A stretch of 64,000 bases of DNA, taken from Nitrospinaceae bacterium (GTDB taxonomy: Bacteria; Nitrospinota; Nitrospinia; Nitrospinales; Nitrospinaceae). Made by a program: the position numbers and the translations under genes. A model generated the notes under the pieces. The model was not told the DNA's origin, did not search any database, and saw only the letters and a program-made list of their open reading frames with translations. The DNA lies in contig OZ250172.1 in NCBI GenBank assembly GCA_965237905.1, positions 2,624,001 through 2,688,000 on the forward strand, written 5' to 3'. Below, piece by piece: positions 51,415 through 61,232 of the stretch; the first letter of the stretch is position 1, and every line of letters starts with the position of its first letter.

Positions 51415-51748
51415 CCAGCGTAACGCTGGATCTAATGTGCCCCTCTTTTTAAAGAGGGGTTGGGGTGATTTGGAACCACCGATGAACACAGATGGACACG
51501 GATAAAAGCGAGAGTAAAAAGCAGAGAGCAGTTGTCATTCTGAGCGAAGCGAAGAATCTGGGTTTTATTTACGACCGGGCGTTGCCCGGTTCCCCTCATG
51601 GGGAGCACCTATAGGGTGACGGATAAAGGTGAGGGGTGGTTATGACGGGATTACAAGATAAAGGAAGAATCTCCCCGGCCCCCTTTACAAGGGGGAACAA
51701 AATCAAAAATCCCTCTCCCCTCAAGGGGAGAGGGCAGGGTGAGGGGTG
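51415..51748. repeat. Cluster of REP-like palindromes (copy 2)
   Basis: ccagcgtaacgctgg; cccctctttttaaagagggg; gtcattctgagcgaagcgaagaatct; 51591-51734 is collinear with 49677-49862. Confidence 0.8.
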
Positions 51749-52268
51749 GATTTGGATTGCGCTACTCGTAGTGTGGGGGATGGTAACGCTGATCGCGTCT
51801 CCCGCAGGAGCGGCCGACCCTAAAGGCTGGCGCGATTTCAAATGGGGGATGACCCATCAACAGGCGGCGCAGGTGGGCGCGGAACCGTTCGTCGACGCGG
51901 CGGGAGAAAAACAATTCGGCCTGCCCTCGGTGGAACTGTTGCCCGGCAAAGCGTTTCAGGTGCATCTGGAATTTTTCTCGCATATGGGCCTGAACGCCGT
52001 TCGGGTGAGCCTCTCCCCGCAACCTGAGTGCGCGCAGGAGGTTTACGAAACGTTTTTAAACGATTTTCGGGAACGGTACGGGAAAGAGAAGGAATCGCGG
52101 GATCTCGATTATCCCAACTCGTTTTATCGGAGCCACGACTGGATTGCCGGGGCCACCAAGATCGTATTGCATCACGGATGCCCCAAACCCGGCAAGCCCG
52201 CCGCCTCGCCACCCACTACCCATATCTGGTACGAAAAACGCAGGCACACCGAACCCTGGAATAGGTGA
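51642..52268 (+). CDS. Hypothetical secreted protein whose N-terminus runs through the repeat cluster
   Basis: Signal-like WIWIALLVVWGMVTLIASPAGA, then GWRDFKWGMT; start uncertain (51642 or 51780). Confidence 0.7.
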   Translation: MTGLQDKGRISPAPFTRGNKIKNPSPLKGRGQGEGWIWIALLVVWGMVTLIASPAGAADPKGWRDFKWGMTHQQAAQVGAEPFVDAAGEKQFGLPSVELLPGKAFQVHLEFFSHMGLNAVRVSLSPQPECAQEVYETFLNDFRERYGKEKESRDLDYPNSFYRSHDWIAGATKIVLHHGCPKPGKPAASPPTTHIWYEKRRHTEPWNR

Positions 52269-52284
52269 GAAGCTAACGGTTTGT

Positions 52285-52614
52285 TCAAATTTGGGGCCGG
52301 GGCCCCAATAAAATAATTCCCGCGCCGATGAGGCAAATGACCGATCCCACAACATCCCATCGATCCGGACGCTGGCCTTCGACCACCCACAGCCACAGCA
52401 CCGAGGCGGCAATATAGACTCCGCCATAAGCGGCAAACGCCCTGCCCGCAAAAATGGATTCTATACGGGTGAGTAAGAGAGCAAACACCGTCAAAGAGAC
52501 CACGCCGGGGAGCACCCAGTAAACGCTTCGGCCCAATCGCAGCCAGGCCCAGAAGGCGAAGCACCCGCCAATTTCGGCAATCGCCGCGGCACTGTATAGA
52601 ATAAACGAAGGCAT
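52285..52614 (-). CDS. ynfA: YnfA (UPF0060) family membrane protein
   Basis: [25 protein letters not shown]. Confidence 0.92.
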   Translation of the reverse strand: MPSFILYSAAAIAEIGGCFAFWAWLRLGRSVYWVLPGVVSLTVFALLLTRIESIFAGRAFAAYGGVYIAASVLWLWVVEGQRPDRWDVVGSVICLIGAGIILLGPRPQI

Positions 52615-52654
52615 GGTTTGAATAGTGAGGTCTTCCCGGTTTTAAGTCAACTAG

Positions 52655-52713
52655 GGATTGCCGGGTCCACCGGGATCGAACTGCACCACGCCTGCCCCAA
52701 ACCCGGCCAGCCC
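52655..52713 (+). repeat. Diverged copy of 52141-52199 (3' part of the upstream gene)
   Basis: 50/59 identities; IAGSTGIELHHACPKPGQP versus IAGATKIVLHHGCPKPGKP. Confidence 0.88.
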
Positions 52714-52807
52714 AAATAAATACAAAATTCTGTTAATATATAAAAAAATCGACCTTTTGTTGCCGGTTACGCATGGGGTTAAGCTGATAAAACAAGGAGG
52801 TCTTGAA

Positions 52808-53470
52808 ATGGCAAGGTTATCAACCGCATTATTTCTATCTCTGTTCTACATCGCATATATTTCCTCTATCTCGTTCGCTGACGACTGGCCTGCACCGGTA
52901 ATAAAAGAAGTTTTCAGCAAATCCAGACAATACTTGGTTCGTGTCATTCCAGGTGGAGGTATGGGCAATACTTATGGCTTTGAGGGTGCTCCAAAGGGTA
53001 AAAACGGTACGGCTGAATTATATAAACAGCAAAAAGACAGATCTTACAAGTTTCTGAAAGAGATAACCTTGGCCAACCCGGTTGCTCCGATAGATTTTTA
53101 TCTGTCTAATGACGGCTATTGGGTCACTTTGGATAATTGGCATAATGTCGGGCATGGGAGAGTTGTGGTTTTTTATAATCCGCAAGGAAAGCAAATTCAG
53201 AGCTATGAATTAAAAGATCTTTTTAACGAAACTGAAATTAAGTCATTTATGCGTTCGACCTCTTCAATTCATTGGCGCGAGGAACCCATATTTATAAGGA
53301 AGGATCAAAAAACGTTTATTGTTAAGGTTAAAAAAGGTTCATACATGCTTTTTGGCTTGGAGACCGGGTTGTACCAATATTGTGAAGACCGGAATAAAAA
53401 GTACCAGTGTAGAAATGAAAACAAAAATCGAAAGTGGGTTAACCCTAATACGGTCCAGTTAACCCGCTGA
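52808..53470 (+). CDS. Hypothetical secreted protein
   Basis: aggagg RBS, signal peptide ending SFA-DDW, AT-rich. Confidence 0.78.
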   Translation: MARLSTALFLSLFYIAYISSISFADDWPAPVIKEVFSKSRQYLVRVIPGGGMGNTYGFEGAPKGKNGTAELYKQQKDRSYKFLKEITLANPVAPIDFYLSNDGYWVTLDNWHNVGHGRVVVFYNPQGKQIQSYELKDLFNETEIKSFMRSTSSIHWREEPIFIRKDQKTFIVKVKKGSYMLFGLETGLYQYCEDRNKKYQCRNENKNRKWVNPNTVQLTR

Positions 53471-53504
53471 CCTTATTAAGGGAATAAATCTCTCTCATTA
53501 TGAA

Positions 53505-53966
53505 ATGACTTTTCTGTTTCTCAAATGGATTCACATTTTGAGTGCGGTGGTGATGTTAGGCACGGGCTTGGGAAGTGCGTTCTATCTTTACCGCGCCAAC
53601 CGTGAGGGCGACCTCCACGCCATCCGCTTCGTGCTGAAGAATGTGATTCTCGCCGACTGGCTGTTTACCGTGCCGCCGATTGCTTTGCTCCCGGTCACTG
53701 GCGTATGGATGATGCGCATCAATGGCGCCACGTTTTCCGACTTATGGATCTGGCTGTCGCTGGTGTTGTTCGTGATCGCCGGGTTGTGCTGGGTACCGGC
53801 GGCGGTCCTGCAATACAAAATGAAAGCCCTGTCCGATCATGCCCCCGATAAAGAGCGCCTGCCTGTGAGCTATTGGCATTACGAACGACTCTGGTTGGTG
53901 CTCGGCGTCTCCGCGTTCCCGGCGGTGCTCGTTATTTTTTCCCTGATGATCTTCAAACCGGTATGA
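53505..53966 (+). CDS. DUF2269 family membrane protein
   Basis: LKWIHILSA..LGTGLG, ADWLFT, W..LG..AFP, LMIFKP. Confidence 0.85.
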   Translation: MTFLFLKWIHILSAVVMLGTGLGSAFYLYRANREGDLHAIRFVLKNVILADWLFTVPPIALLPVTGVWMMRINGATFSDLWIWLSLVLFVIAGLCWVPAAVLQYKMKALSDHAPDKERLPVSYWHYERLWLVLGVSAFPAVLVIFSLMIFKPV

Positions 53967-53974
53967 TATGGACC

Positions 53975-54592
53975 ATGTCTGATAACAATACCGAACGGCA
54001 AAAAGTGGAGGCGTCAAAAAACGATTTGCAGAAGGCCAACCTGATGGGCAAACATCTGGAGAGGGTGGACCTTTCCGGCGGCGACCTCTCGTTGGCGAAC
54101 TTGAGAAAGGCCAAACTGGCGGGCGCCAATCTTCAAGGGGCGAAACTCCACAAGACGGCGCTCAGCACGGCGGATGTGTCGGGAGCCGATCTGTCCGGTG
54201 CCGACCTCTCCGGCGCGGAATGCATTGCCACCAACTTCAGCCGCGCCAACTTATCCGGAACCACATTCGACCGCGCCTCGGTGAGCAAGGCTACCATGAC
54301 CGACGCCAACCTGAAGGGCGCCGATATGAGTCATGTGATTAACCTCACCTGCCAGCAGTTGCAGTCGGCCCAAATCGACGCCACCATACGATTGCCGGAT
54401 TACATCACCCTGAAATGGCGCTCGGACACCGAGTTCGACTGCGGCGACCGCGTACAACGCATAGACGAGGGGCAACCGTCTCTGGGAGGGGGAGCAGGAC
54501 GATGCTCGAAAAAATTCTGGAAGATCATGCCCTGTGGTTTCGCACCAAGGGTAAAGAGGGCGACCGCGCTATTCTGCACGGGGTGGACTTGA
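53975..54592 (+). CDS. Pentapeptide repeat protein
   Basis: A(D/N)LxG repeats; the 3' end overlaps the next gene. Confidence 0.8.
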   Translation: MSDNNTERQKVEASKNDLQKANLMGKHLERVDLSGGDLSLANLRKAKLAGANLQGAKLHKTALSTADVSGADLSGADLSGAECIATNFSRANLSGTTFDRASVSKATMTDANLKGADMSHVINLTCQQLQSAQIDATIRLPDYITLKWRSDTEFDCGDRVQRIDEGQPSLGGGAGRCSKKFWKIMPCGFAPRVKRATALFCTGWT

Positions 54593-54912
54593 GCCTGGCG
54601 GTGCTGAAAGATGCCTGTCTGGTGGAGGCGGAACTGATGGGCGCGCGCCTGAACGATGTCGACCTGCATGGGGCCGATCTCCGGGGCGCCAACCTGCAGG
54701 ACGCGGTTCTTGCCGGGGCGCAACTCCAGTATGCCAACCTGGAGGAGGCCGATCTCATGATGGCCGATTTCCAAGGCGCGCAACTCAAGGGGACGCGGCT
54801 CGCTGGCGCTTATCTGCACGGCGCCGACTTGAGCCAGGCCGTGGACCTGACCGCTGAGCAACTGAAAGAAACTTACTCCGACGAAAACACGCAACTCCCG
54901 CCCGGCCTGTGA
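54502..54912 (+). CDS. Pentapeptide repeat protein
   Basis: ILEDHALW...G.RA.L followed by ADL/ANL repeats; ggag RBS. Confidence 0.8.
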   Translation: MLEKILEDHALWFRTKGKEGDRAILHGVDLSLAVLKDACLVEAELMGARLNDVDLHGADLRGANLQDAVLAGAQLQYANLEEADLMMADFQGAQLKGTRLAGAYLHGADLSQAVDLTAEQLKETYSDENTQLPPGL

Positions 54913-55031
54913 CCCGCTCCGAGTCCTCCGAACAGGGTTTCCCCTCTATATAAATAAAGCCTTATCATTCAGGCCTCAAATTTTTCAGAAACCCTTGAAA
55001 AACCCATAATTTGCGGTTTTGTGAGAAGGGA

Positions 55032-55059
55032 TTGACAAAATCTCTAATTTTCATAAAAT
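55032..55059 (+). promoter_or_regulatory. Putative sigma70 promoter of aclBA
   Basis: TTGACA-16-TAAAAT. Confidence 0.6.
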
Positions 55060-55227
55060 GGTGCGTTCCAATCTGGAGCTCCCACTCTTGAGCCGAAAAA
55101 TCAATGAGGTGGAAGTGGTCGCCACTTCCCACAGTCCTTGTTGTGTACGAATAGTCATCCGGATACGATCAGGTATTCATTAATATATAATCATTTTTCA
55201 AAGAATTTTTAAGGCAGGAGAACTGAA

Positions 55228-56496
55228 ATGCAGATTACCGGTATGTTATGGGGACGGAAGTTGCTGGACCTCGTGGAGTTCCCTCGGTCTGAAGTGCGCG
55301 GACCTGAAGCCAGCGTCGAAGATATCAAGGGAATGATCAAGAAACACAAGCAGGTGTTCATCAAGCCGTTTTTCAAGGGAGGGGTCGGGAAAAAAGGCAA
55401 GTCCGGATTGATCGGGCGGGTTGACAATCTCCACGACGCGCTCAAGGAAAAAGAGCGGTTATATTTCGCGACCCATCAGGATGGCAACCGCATCACCAAA
55501 TCCAACGGCGTCACGTTTGAAGGCGGGGTGCCCGCAGATCATGAGGTGTACTTTTCAATTACGGACAACACCGTGTACCGCGCACCCTGCATGACCATTA
55601 CCCATCACGGCGGAGTGGATATTGAAGAGTTACCGCCGGAAAAGCTGGCAGTGGTGCCGTTTGATCCATTGACCGGGCTGAAATCATTTCATGTCTCCAA
55701 CGCTCTGGACAGTCTCGGGGCTCCTACGGAAATCATCAGTCCACTGGTGCAGAACCTGCCGAAGCTGTGGGACCTGTACAACAATTACGGCATGCTGATG
55801 CTGGAACTCAACCCTATCCGCATGTTCAACAACGGCAAACGTCTCACCCCGGTGGCCTGCGATTTTAAATGCGCGTTCGATCAGGATGACCCGGCGTGGA
55901 AGCGTCTGCATCTCCCGGACGATTTGTTCGCTTCCGACGATTCGGAGTTCGAGCAGGAGATCAACCAGCTCCGGACTTATCAAGGGCAGAGTGACGTGTA
56001 TGTCATCAACGATGAGGGAACGATCACCGCGCCGACTTTCGGCGGCGGCGCCAACGCCATGGTAACGGAACTGTTGGGAGAAGACGCGACCATCTCCTCC
56101 GACTTCGGAGGCAACCCGCCCTATGTCAAGATGAACGATATCTCCAAGATCACGTTCAAATACTGGCTCCCTCAATCCAACGTGCTGTTCATCATCGGCG
56201 GTAAAGCGAACAATACGGATATTTACGAGACGTTTCGAGCGATCGGCGACGGCATCAAATGGTATTTTCAGCAACATGGGCCACAGCCCCTGTTTGTGGT
56301 GGTGGGCCGGGGGGGACCCAACCTGATCCGCGGAATGGCATATCTGCGCGACACGCTGGATTCACTGGGAATTCCGTACCGCTTCTTCGGCCACGACAGC
56401 GCCATGTCGGAAGTCATCAATTATGCGCGGGCGGTCAATCGCTGGATGAAGAACGGCGGCAAGGAAGAGATCAAGAAATCTTTGAATATCAAATAA
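55228..56496 (+). CDS. aclB: ATP citrate lyase beta subunit (ATP-grasp)
   Basis: FIKP...GKKGKSGLI, GGVDIE, LELNP, GGGA, SDFGGNP, IGGKANNT, GRGGPN. Confidence 0.88.
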   Translation: MQITGMLWGRKLLDLVEFPRSEVRGPEASVEDIKGMIKKHKQVFIKPFFKGGVGKKGKSGLIGRVDNLHDALKEKERLYFATHQDGNRITKSNGVTFEGGVPADHEVYFSITDNTVYRAPCMTITHHGGVDIEELPPEKLAVVPFDPLTGLKSFHVSNALDSLGAPTEIISPLVQNLPKLWDLYNNYGMLMLELNPIRMFNNGKRLTPVACDFKCAFDQDDPAWKRLHLPDDLFASDDSEFEQEINQLRTYQGQSDVYVINDEGTITAPTFGGGANAMVTELLGEDATISSDFGGNPPYVKMNDISKITFKYWLPQSNVLFIIGGKANNTDIYETFRAIGDGIKWYFQQHGPQPLFVVVGRGGPNLIRGMAYLRDTLDSLGIPYRFFGHDSAMSEVINYARAVNRWMKNGGKEEIKKSLNIK

Positions 56497-56538
56497 ACTT
56501 ACTCGAATCGCAAAGCACCATTCTGGAGGATCAGGCAC

Positions 56539-59250
56539 ATGCATAAAGAAGGAATCGCAGATTTCCCTTATTACGTAGGGGTCAATTCATTGTCCGAGCT
56601 GGCGACCAAGGATGATAAAGTCGTCGTTTTTAATATATTGGGAAAAGAGAGTTCCGGCGTCACTCCGATCAGTCATGAGTATTCCGGCGGCAATATTGTA
56701 TTCGGAACCGGACCCGGTAAATCAGGAAAATTCCTGCCGACCAAAGCTGGCAAAATTCCTGTATACAATTCCATTAAAGAAGGCATGGCCGCAGGTCATG
56801 AATTCAATACTGCTGTGGTCTATCTGCCTCCGTCCGGCGTTAAAGACGGCGTGGCGGAAGCGGTGCGCAATAATCCCAAACTGAAAAAAGTTATCGTCCT
56901 TACGGAAAAAGTTTCCGTCAAGGATTCCCGTGTCATGCGCGCCATCTGCCAGACCAATGGCGTCGATCTGTTCGGCGGCAACTGCCTGGGTGTGGCGGAT
57001 GCCTGGAATCATGTCCGTCTGGGTGGCGCGCTCGGAGGCAACCACCCGGAAGAATCTTTGATCAAGGGTTCCGTGGCGATCTTCTCCAACTCCGGAAACT
57101 TCACCACCACCATTGCCGTGTACCTGGCGACGGCAGGTTGGGGCACCACCACCTCCATTTCCAGCGGTAAGGATGTTTACATTCACTACGGCCCTCAAGA
57201 GTTTATTCATGCGTTTAATAATGACGACCGCTCCCAGGCTTCTATCGTGTACTGCGAACCCGGTGGATATTACGAACACGGTCTCAAGTCCGACAAACCG
57301 ATCATCGCTTGCGTGGTAGGACGCTGGAAAGCCAAGCTGACCAAGTCTTGCGGACATGCCGGCTCGTTGTCCGGTTCCGGCGACGATGCGGTGGCCAAGG
57401 AAAACTGGTTCAAGGACTATTTCGGAGTGAAGGATATTTATACGCCTGAAAATCCGGTGTTCTCCAAGAAGGGCGCGTTGGTCACCAACATCGCCGACAT
57501 CCCAGAAGCGCTGACCAAGGTGATGGAATTGAACGGCAAGAAGCCGGACTTTCCCTCCAAAGGGAACTTGTCCCTGAAATGCTGGTTTGGCAGTAACAAC
57601 GGCATTTCTCTTCCCAAGGAGCTGGATGTTCAGCAGGTGGAGGCCATCGATCCTTACAACGGGCAGATCGAAGCGCTCAAACAGCAGGTCGGTGCGCAGA
57701 TCAGCCGGGAAACTTTGAAAGACGCCAGCGGCGCCTCCAAGATGGATCCGAAGACTCAGGTATCCCAGATTCACAATGTTTCCATTCTGGATGCCTCCAA
57801 TAAAACGTTTGAGGACAACCTGGTGTTCGCTCTGACTCACAGTTATCCCAGTGCATCGGGAACGACGATGGCCAATGCGGTGTTGAACGCTTATGTCAAT
57901 TTGCACGGTCAACCGGCGTTGGCGGCGGCGACGGCTTCCCGCGAGGCAGGCAACTCTCCCAACACCGTACAGGCAGGGGCAGTTTCCATTATTGGTAAAA
58001 AGAAAGCGCAAAAAGCCATGGACGCGGCAGAAGCGTTGCTGGATGTTTTTAAATTAACCGAGTTGAGCGACCCGGAAGGGGAGTTCGATTACAAATCTCT
58101 CGTTAAAGGTGCTTCGGGGCATAAAGATGTTTTTCTGGATGGGGCGGCGGATACCAAAGCGGCCAAGCTTCTGGATATTTGCAAATCCAAGGGCAAATCG
58201 GTTTTCATCGGTTTTCTGGTGGATTTTGCGAAGGAACATAAAGGCAATGTTTCCATGGATGCGGTGGTGGCGGCGGTATGGACCACGCTGGCCTGGCCGA
58301 GTTTGCGGACCAAAAAGATTTCCAAGACCACGCTGGTGCGTCTACCGTGGTACAGCATAATTTACAGCACCATGGTGGGAGTGGCCGCACCGCAAGACAA
58401 GCATGGTGCCGACAAATTCTGCGGTGTAAAAAACGACGACCTGCTCGCCAACAGTTTCACCCGCACCGCGTTTCTTTCTCTGATGGGACGGGATGCCACG
58501 GAAGGGGAGTTGTTCGAGTTCCAGGTTCTCTTGGGCCTGATCATCACCAACGGTCCCGGCACCATTTCTGCCCAGGGTTCCAAAGGCGCAGTGAGCGCTG
58601 ACGGACCGGAACAGCCGAACCGGGTTCAGATCAACAAAAGCTTTATTGGTTTTCTGACCCATACCGGGTTCGCCCACGGTGGGAATGGCTACGAAGCCGC
58701 GGCGTTTCTGATCGATCAATTCAAGGACACGTCCCTGAAAGACCCGGCCGATTCCAAGCACGGCGTCGACCTGGGGAAACTGGCTACGGATTACGCCAAA
58801 TGGTATGGCGATTATAAGAAGGAGCAGAAGGGACTCGGTCATCTGGAATACGCCAAGATTCCCTGCGTTAATCATCCGGTGTTCAAGGGGAAAGATGTCA
58901 ATGTTGACCCGCGTGAGGAATATGTCAGCAAACTGTTCAAGGACAAGGGGCTGTACAATGTGTTTCTCGATTTCTACCATCACCTGGTGGAGGGCCTGTT
59001 CAAAGCCAAGGTGACGAAGAATGTGTACTGCGTCAACGTCGACGCCGTCATCGCAGTGATTCTGCTCAAGATGCTGTGGTCGGATTACAAGAAGGGGTCC
59101 ATCAAGGAGGAGGATATCGAGTGGGCCAGCTTCATGGCGTTCCTGTTCGGTCGGATGATCGGGTGCGCGGCGGAAATCGACGACCACACCAACCGGGGCA
59201 AGAACATGGATACCCGTACCCCGGCGAGCAAGGTGGCATACGTCGGGTAG
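56539..59250 (+). CDS. aclA: ATP citrate lyase alpha subunit (long form)
   Basis: CoA-binding domain, GGNCLG, SNSGN, phospho-His GHAG, citryl-CoA lyase motifs HGG, VNHPV and VNVDA. Confidence 0.88.
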   Translation: MHKEGIADFPYYVGVNSLSELATKDDKVVVFNILGKESSGVTPISHEYSGGNIVFGTGPGKSGKFLPTKAGKIPVYNSIKEGMAAGHEFNTAVVYLPPSGVKDGVAEAVRNNPKLKKVIVLTEKVSVKDSRVMRAICQTNGVDLFGGNCLGVADAWNHVRLGGALGGNHPEESLIKGSVAIFSNSGNFTTTIAVYLATAGWGTTTSISSGKDVYIHYGPQEFIHAFNNDDRSQASIVYCEPGGYYEHGLKSDKPIIACVVGRWKAKLTKSCGHAGSLSGSGDDAVAKENWFKDYFGVKDIYTPENPVFSKKGALVTNIADIPEALTKVMELNGKKPDFPSKGNLSLKCWFGSNNGISLPKELDVQQVEAIDPYNGQIEALKQQVGAQISRETLKDASGASKMDPKTQVSQIHNVSILDASNKTFEDNLVFALTHSYPSASGTTMANAVLNAYVNLHGQPALAAATASREAGNSPNTVQAGAVSIIGKKKAQKAMDAAEALLDVFKLTELSDPEGEFDYKSLVKGASGHKDVFLDGAADTKAAKLLDICKSKGKSVFIGFLVDFAKEHKGNVSMDAVVAAVWTTLAWPSLRTKKISKTTLVRLPWYSIIYSTMVGVAAPQDKHGADKFCGVKNDDLLANSFTRTAFLSLMGRDATEGELFEFQVLLGLIITNGPGTISAQGSKGAVSADGPEQPNRVQINKSFIGFLTHTGFAHGGNGYEAAAFLIDQFKDTSLKDPADSKHGVDLGKLATDYAKWYGDYKKEQKGLGHLEYAKIPCVNHPVFKGKDVNVDPREEYVSKLFKDKGLYNVFLDFYHHLVEGLFKAKVTKNVYCVNVDAVIAVILLKMLWSDYKKGSIKEEDIEWASFMAFLFGRMIGCAAEIDDHTNRGKNMDTRTPASKVAYVG

Positions 59251-59273
59251 TTTGTTTTAACTTGAGTTTGGAT

Positions 59274-59309
59274 AAAGCAGGTCGGTAATTTGCCGGCCTG
59301 CTTTTTTTG
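59274..59309. terminator. Rho-independent terminator after aclA
   Basis: aaagcaggtcgg-taattt-gccggcctgc-ttttttt. Confidence 0.8.
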
Positions 59310-59318
59310 TTTGGAATT

Positions 59319-59837
59319 TCAGCGGAACCGGTCGACCTTGAACCGGTACATCTCTATGGGTTCGTGACCGGGGATTTTGCCTTTGTCCCGGCAGATTTTG
59401 ATTTGTTCTTCTGTCGAGTCCACCCCTTCCAGATCGGGCAGTAACACTCCCTGTTTGCCATTGCATTTCACGACCAGACCGTAAACTTTGGGGTCCAGTT
59501 CCGACACATCGGAAATTTTCTCCAGAGGGCGCACCACGTCGATGGAATACGTCAGGTCTTGCAGTTCATCTGAGGTCACGGGAGAGAACCGTGGATCGTG
59601 CAGGGCCGCCTTGAGGGCGTTTTCAATGATCTCCATTGCCAGGTTGGGTTCGCAAGGTTCCAGTGTGCCGATGCACCCGCGTAGTTGCTGGAGTTTTTTG
59701 ATCGAAACAAAAGCGCCGGAGCGCAACTCCAGGTCTTTTGAAAGAGGATCCGGGCAGGATAATTTTTCGCTATAGTTCAGGTAATGATGAATCGATTCCT
59801 GTGCCAATGATACATAAGGGTGTTGAAACATTCCCAT
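59319..59837 (-). CDS. AMMECR1-domain protein (AmmeMemoRadiSam protein A)
   Basis: GAFVSI, LRGCIGT, AALHDPRF, GVLLPDL. Confidence 0.9.
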   Translation of the reverse strand: MGMFQHPYVSLAQESIHHYLNYSEKLSCPDPLSKDLELRSGAFVSIKKLQQLRGCIGTLEPCEPNLAMEIIENALKAALHDPRFSPVTSDELQDLTYSIDVVRPLEKISDVSELDPKVYGLVVKCNGKQGVLLPDLEGVDSTEEQIKICRDKGKIPGHEPIEMYRFKVDRFR

Positions 59838-59943
59838 ACCGACCTCCGTGCAGAGGGTCTCTATATTTCTTAAGATAATCCCAATGCCCAGGCGCCGCAA
59901 CCGGCAAATCACCGGAAATTGAAGCGGGGTATAAAACAGGTGT

Positions 59944-60978
59944 TTAGAACTGGGTGCTGTTTGCCAAAGTGGCTTTGGAGAGGGTGTGGCGGTTGATGAT
60001 GTAATCGGCGACGGCCATCAGGGCGTCTTTGTATTGCGGCGCGGGGAACGAAGTGGCTTGGATCGCCTCTTTCGCGCGGGCCATGTGTTTGTGGGCTTGA
60101 TGGAGCGTGTATTCCAGAGCCTTCCCCTCACGCATGCGGTCCAGAATATAATCCAACTCCTTGTGGGTCAGTTTGTCGTTCTGGATAAACCGTTCAATCT
60201 CTTTTTGCAACACAGTGTCCGAATGATGGTACAGGTAATGGAGCGGCAAGGTGACATGCCCTTCCTGAAAATCATTGCCCGCAGGTTTTCCCAATTGCTC
60301 CAGAGTACCGTCGTAATCCATGAGGTCGTCCATCAACTGGAATGCCATCCCGAAATGATCCCCGAAAGCCACCAGGGCATCTTCCTGCTCTTGATTTGCC
60401 CCCACGATCAAGCCTCCCAATCGGCAACTCAATGACAGGATCGACGCGGTTTTCCGGTAAATCACATCCATGCAGTGTTTTTCAGTGACATGAATATCCC
60501 GCGCATTGGAAAACTCCAGCAAGCCGCCCTCCACCAGAAGTTTGGCCGCCTTGGAGAAGGCTTTGAAAATAACGGGGTCGACATCATCGGAGAGCAGGGT
60601 CAGCGATTGCGCAATCAGGTAATCCCCGACCAGGATGCTGGCATCATTGCCCCATTTGGAATTGACGGTTTGCCGGCCGCGGCGGATGGTGGTTTCGTCC
60701 ACCACATCGTCATGCAGGAGAGTCGCGGCGTGGACATTTTCGATCACGCAACAGTGCTTAATAAGCTTTTCGTTCAACTCCATGCCGCACAGGCGGGCGC
60801 CGATGAGCATGAGCAGGGGCCGGATCCGCTTGCCTCCCGAACTCAGGATATACTCCCCGATTCCAGGAACGATCGGGATATCCGAGAGGAAATTGTCTTT
60901 CAGCGCCAGCTCGACCTTTTCCAGATCGGGTCGGAAGAGTTGGGTGACCTCTTTATAATTCATAGTAGAACTCTCCAT
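59944..60978 (-). CDS. Polyprenyl diphosphate synthase
   Basis: GGKRIRP, LLHDDVVD...RRG, FQLMDDLMD, GKPAGND. Confidence 0.93.
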   Translation of the reverse strand: MESSTMNYKEVTQLFRPDLEKVELALKDNFLSDIPIVPGIGEYILSSGGKRIRPLLMLIGARLCGMELNEKLIKHCCVIENVHAATLLHDDVVDETTIRRGRQTVNSKWGNDASILVGDYLIAQSLTLLSDDVDPVIFKAFSKAAKLLVEGGLLEFSNARDIHVTEKHCMDVIYRKTASILSLSCRLGGLIVGANQEQEDALVAFGDHFGMAFQLMDDLMDYDGTLEQLGKPAGNDFQEGHVTLPLHYLYHHSDTVLQKEIERFIQNDKLTHKELDYILDRMREGKALEYTLHQAHKHMARAKEAIQATSFPAPQYKDALMAVADYIINRHTLSKATLANSTQF

Positions 60979-61232
60979 GGGTGCCCCCTCTTTTGCGAAA
61001 ATGTTTGACCATGGGCTCCACAGGCGACCGGAACCAAGGTGGCGACTAGCCTTAATTCAACCACATTTTGGTCGCAAAGGTGTTACTAATATGGGAAAAT
61101 CGCTACTTTGTCAAGGGTTTTATAACCGGCAGCGGGTACCGGCAAACCCTTGTAAAATCAACTGATTATACACTATTTCAGAAGTTCTGGTACCCCCTGG
61201 ATGCCGCCGAAACCTTTGAATTTTATAATCCA

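Noticed and set aside
56722..59187. Long antisense ORFs (56722-58011 and 58342-59187; also 14993-16042 and 4426-5292)
   Set aside because: Shadow frames opposite well-supported genes in GC-rich coding DNA; no recognisable motifs.
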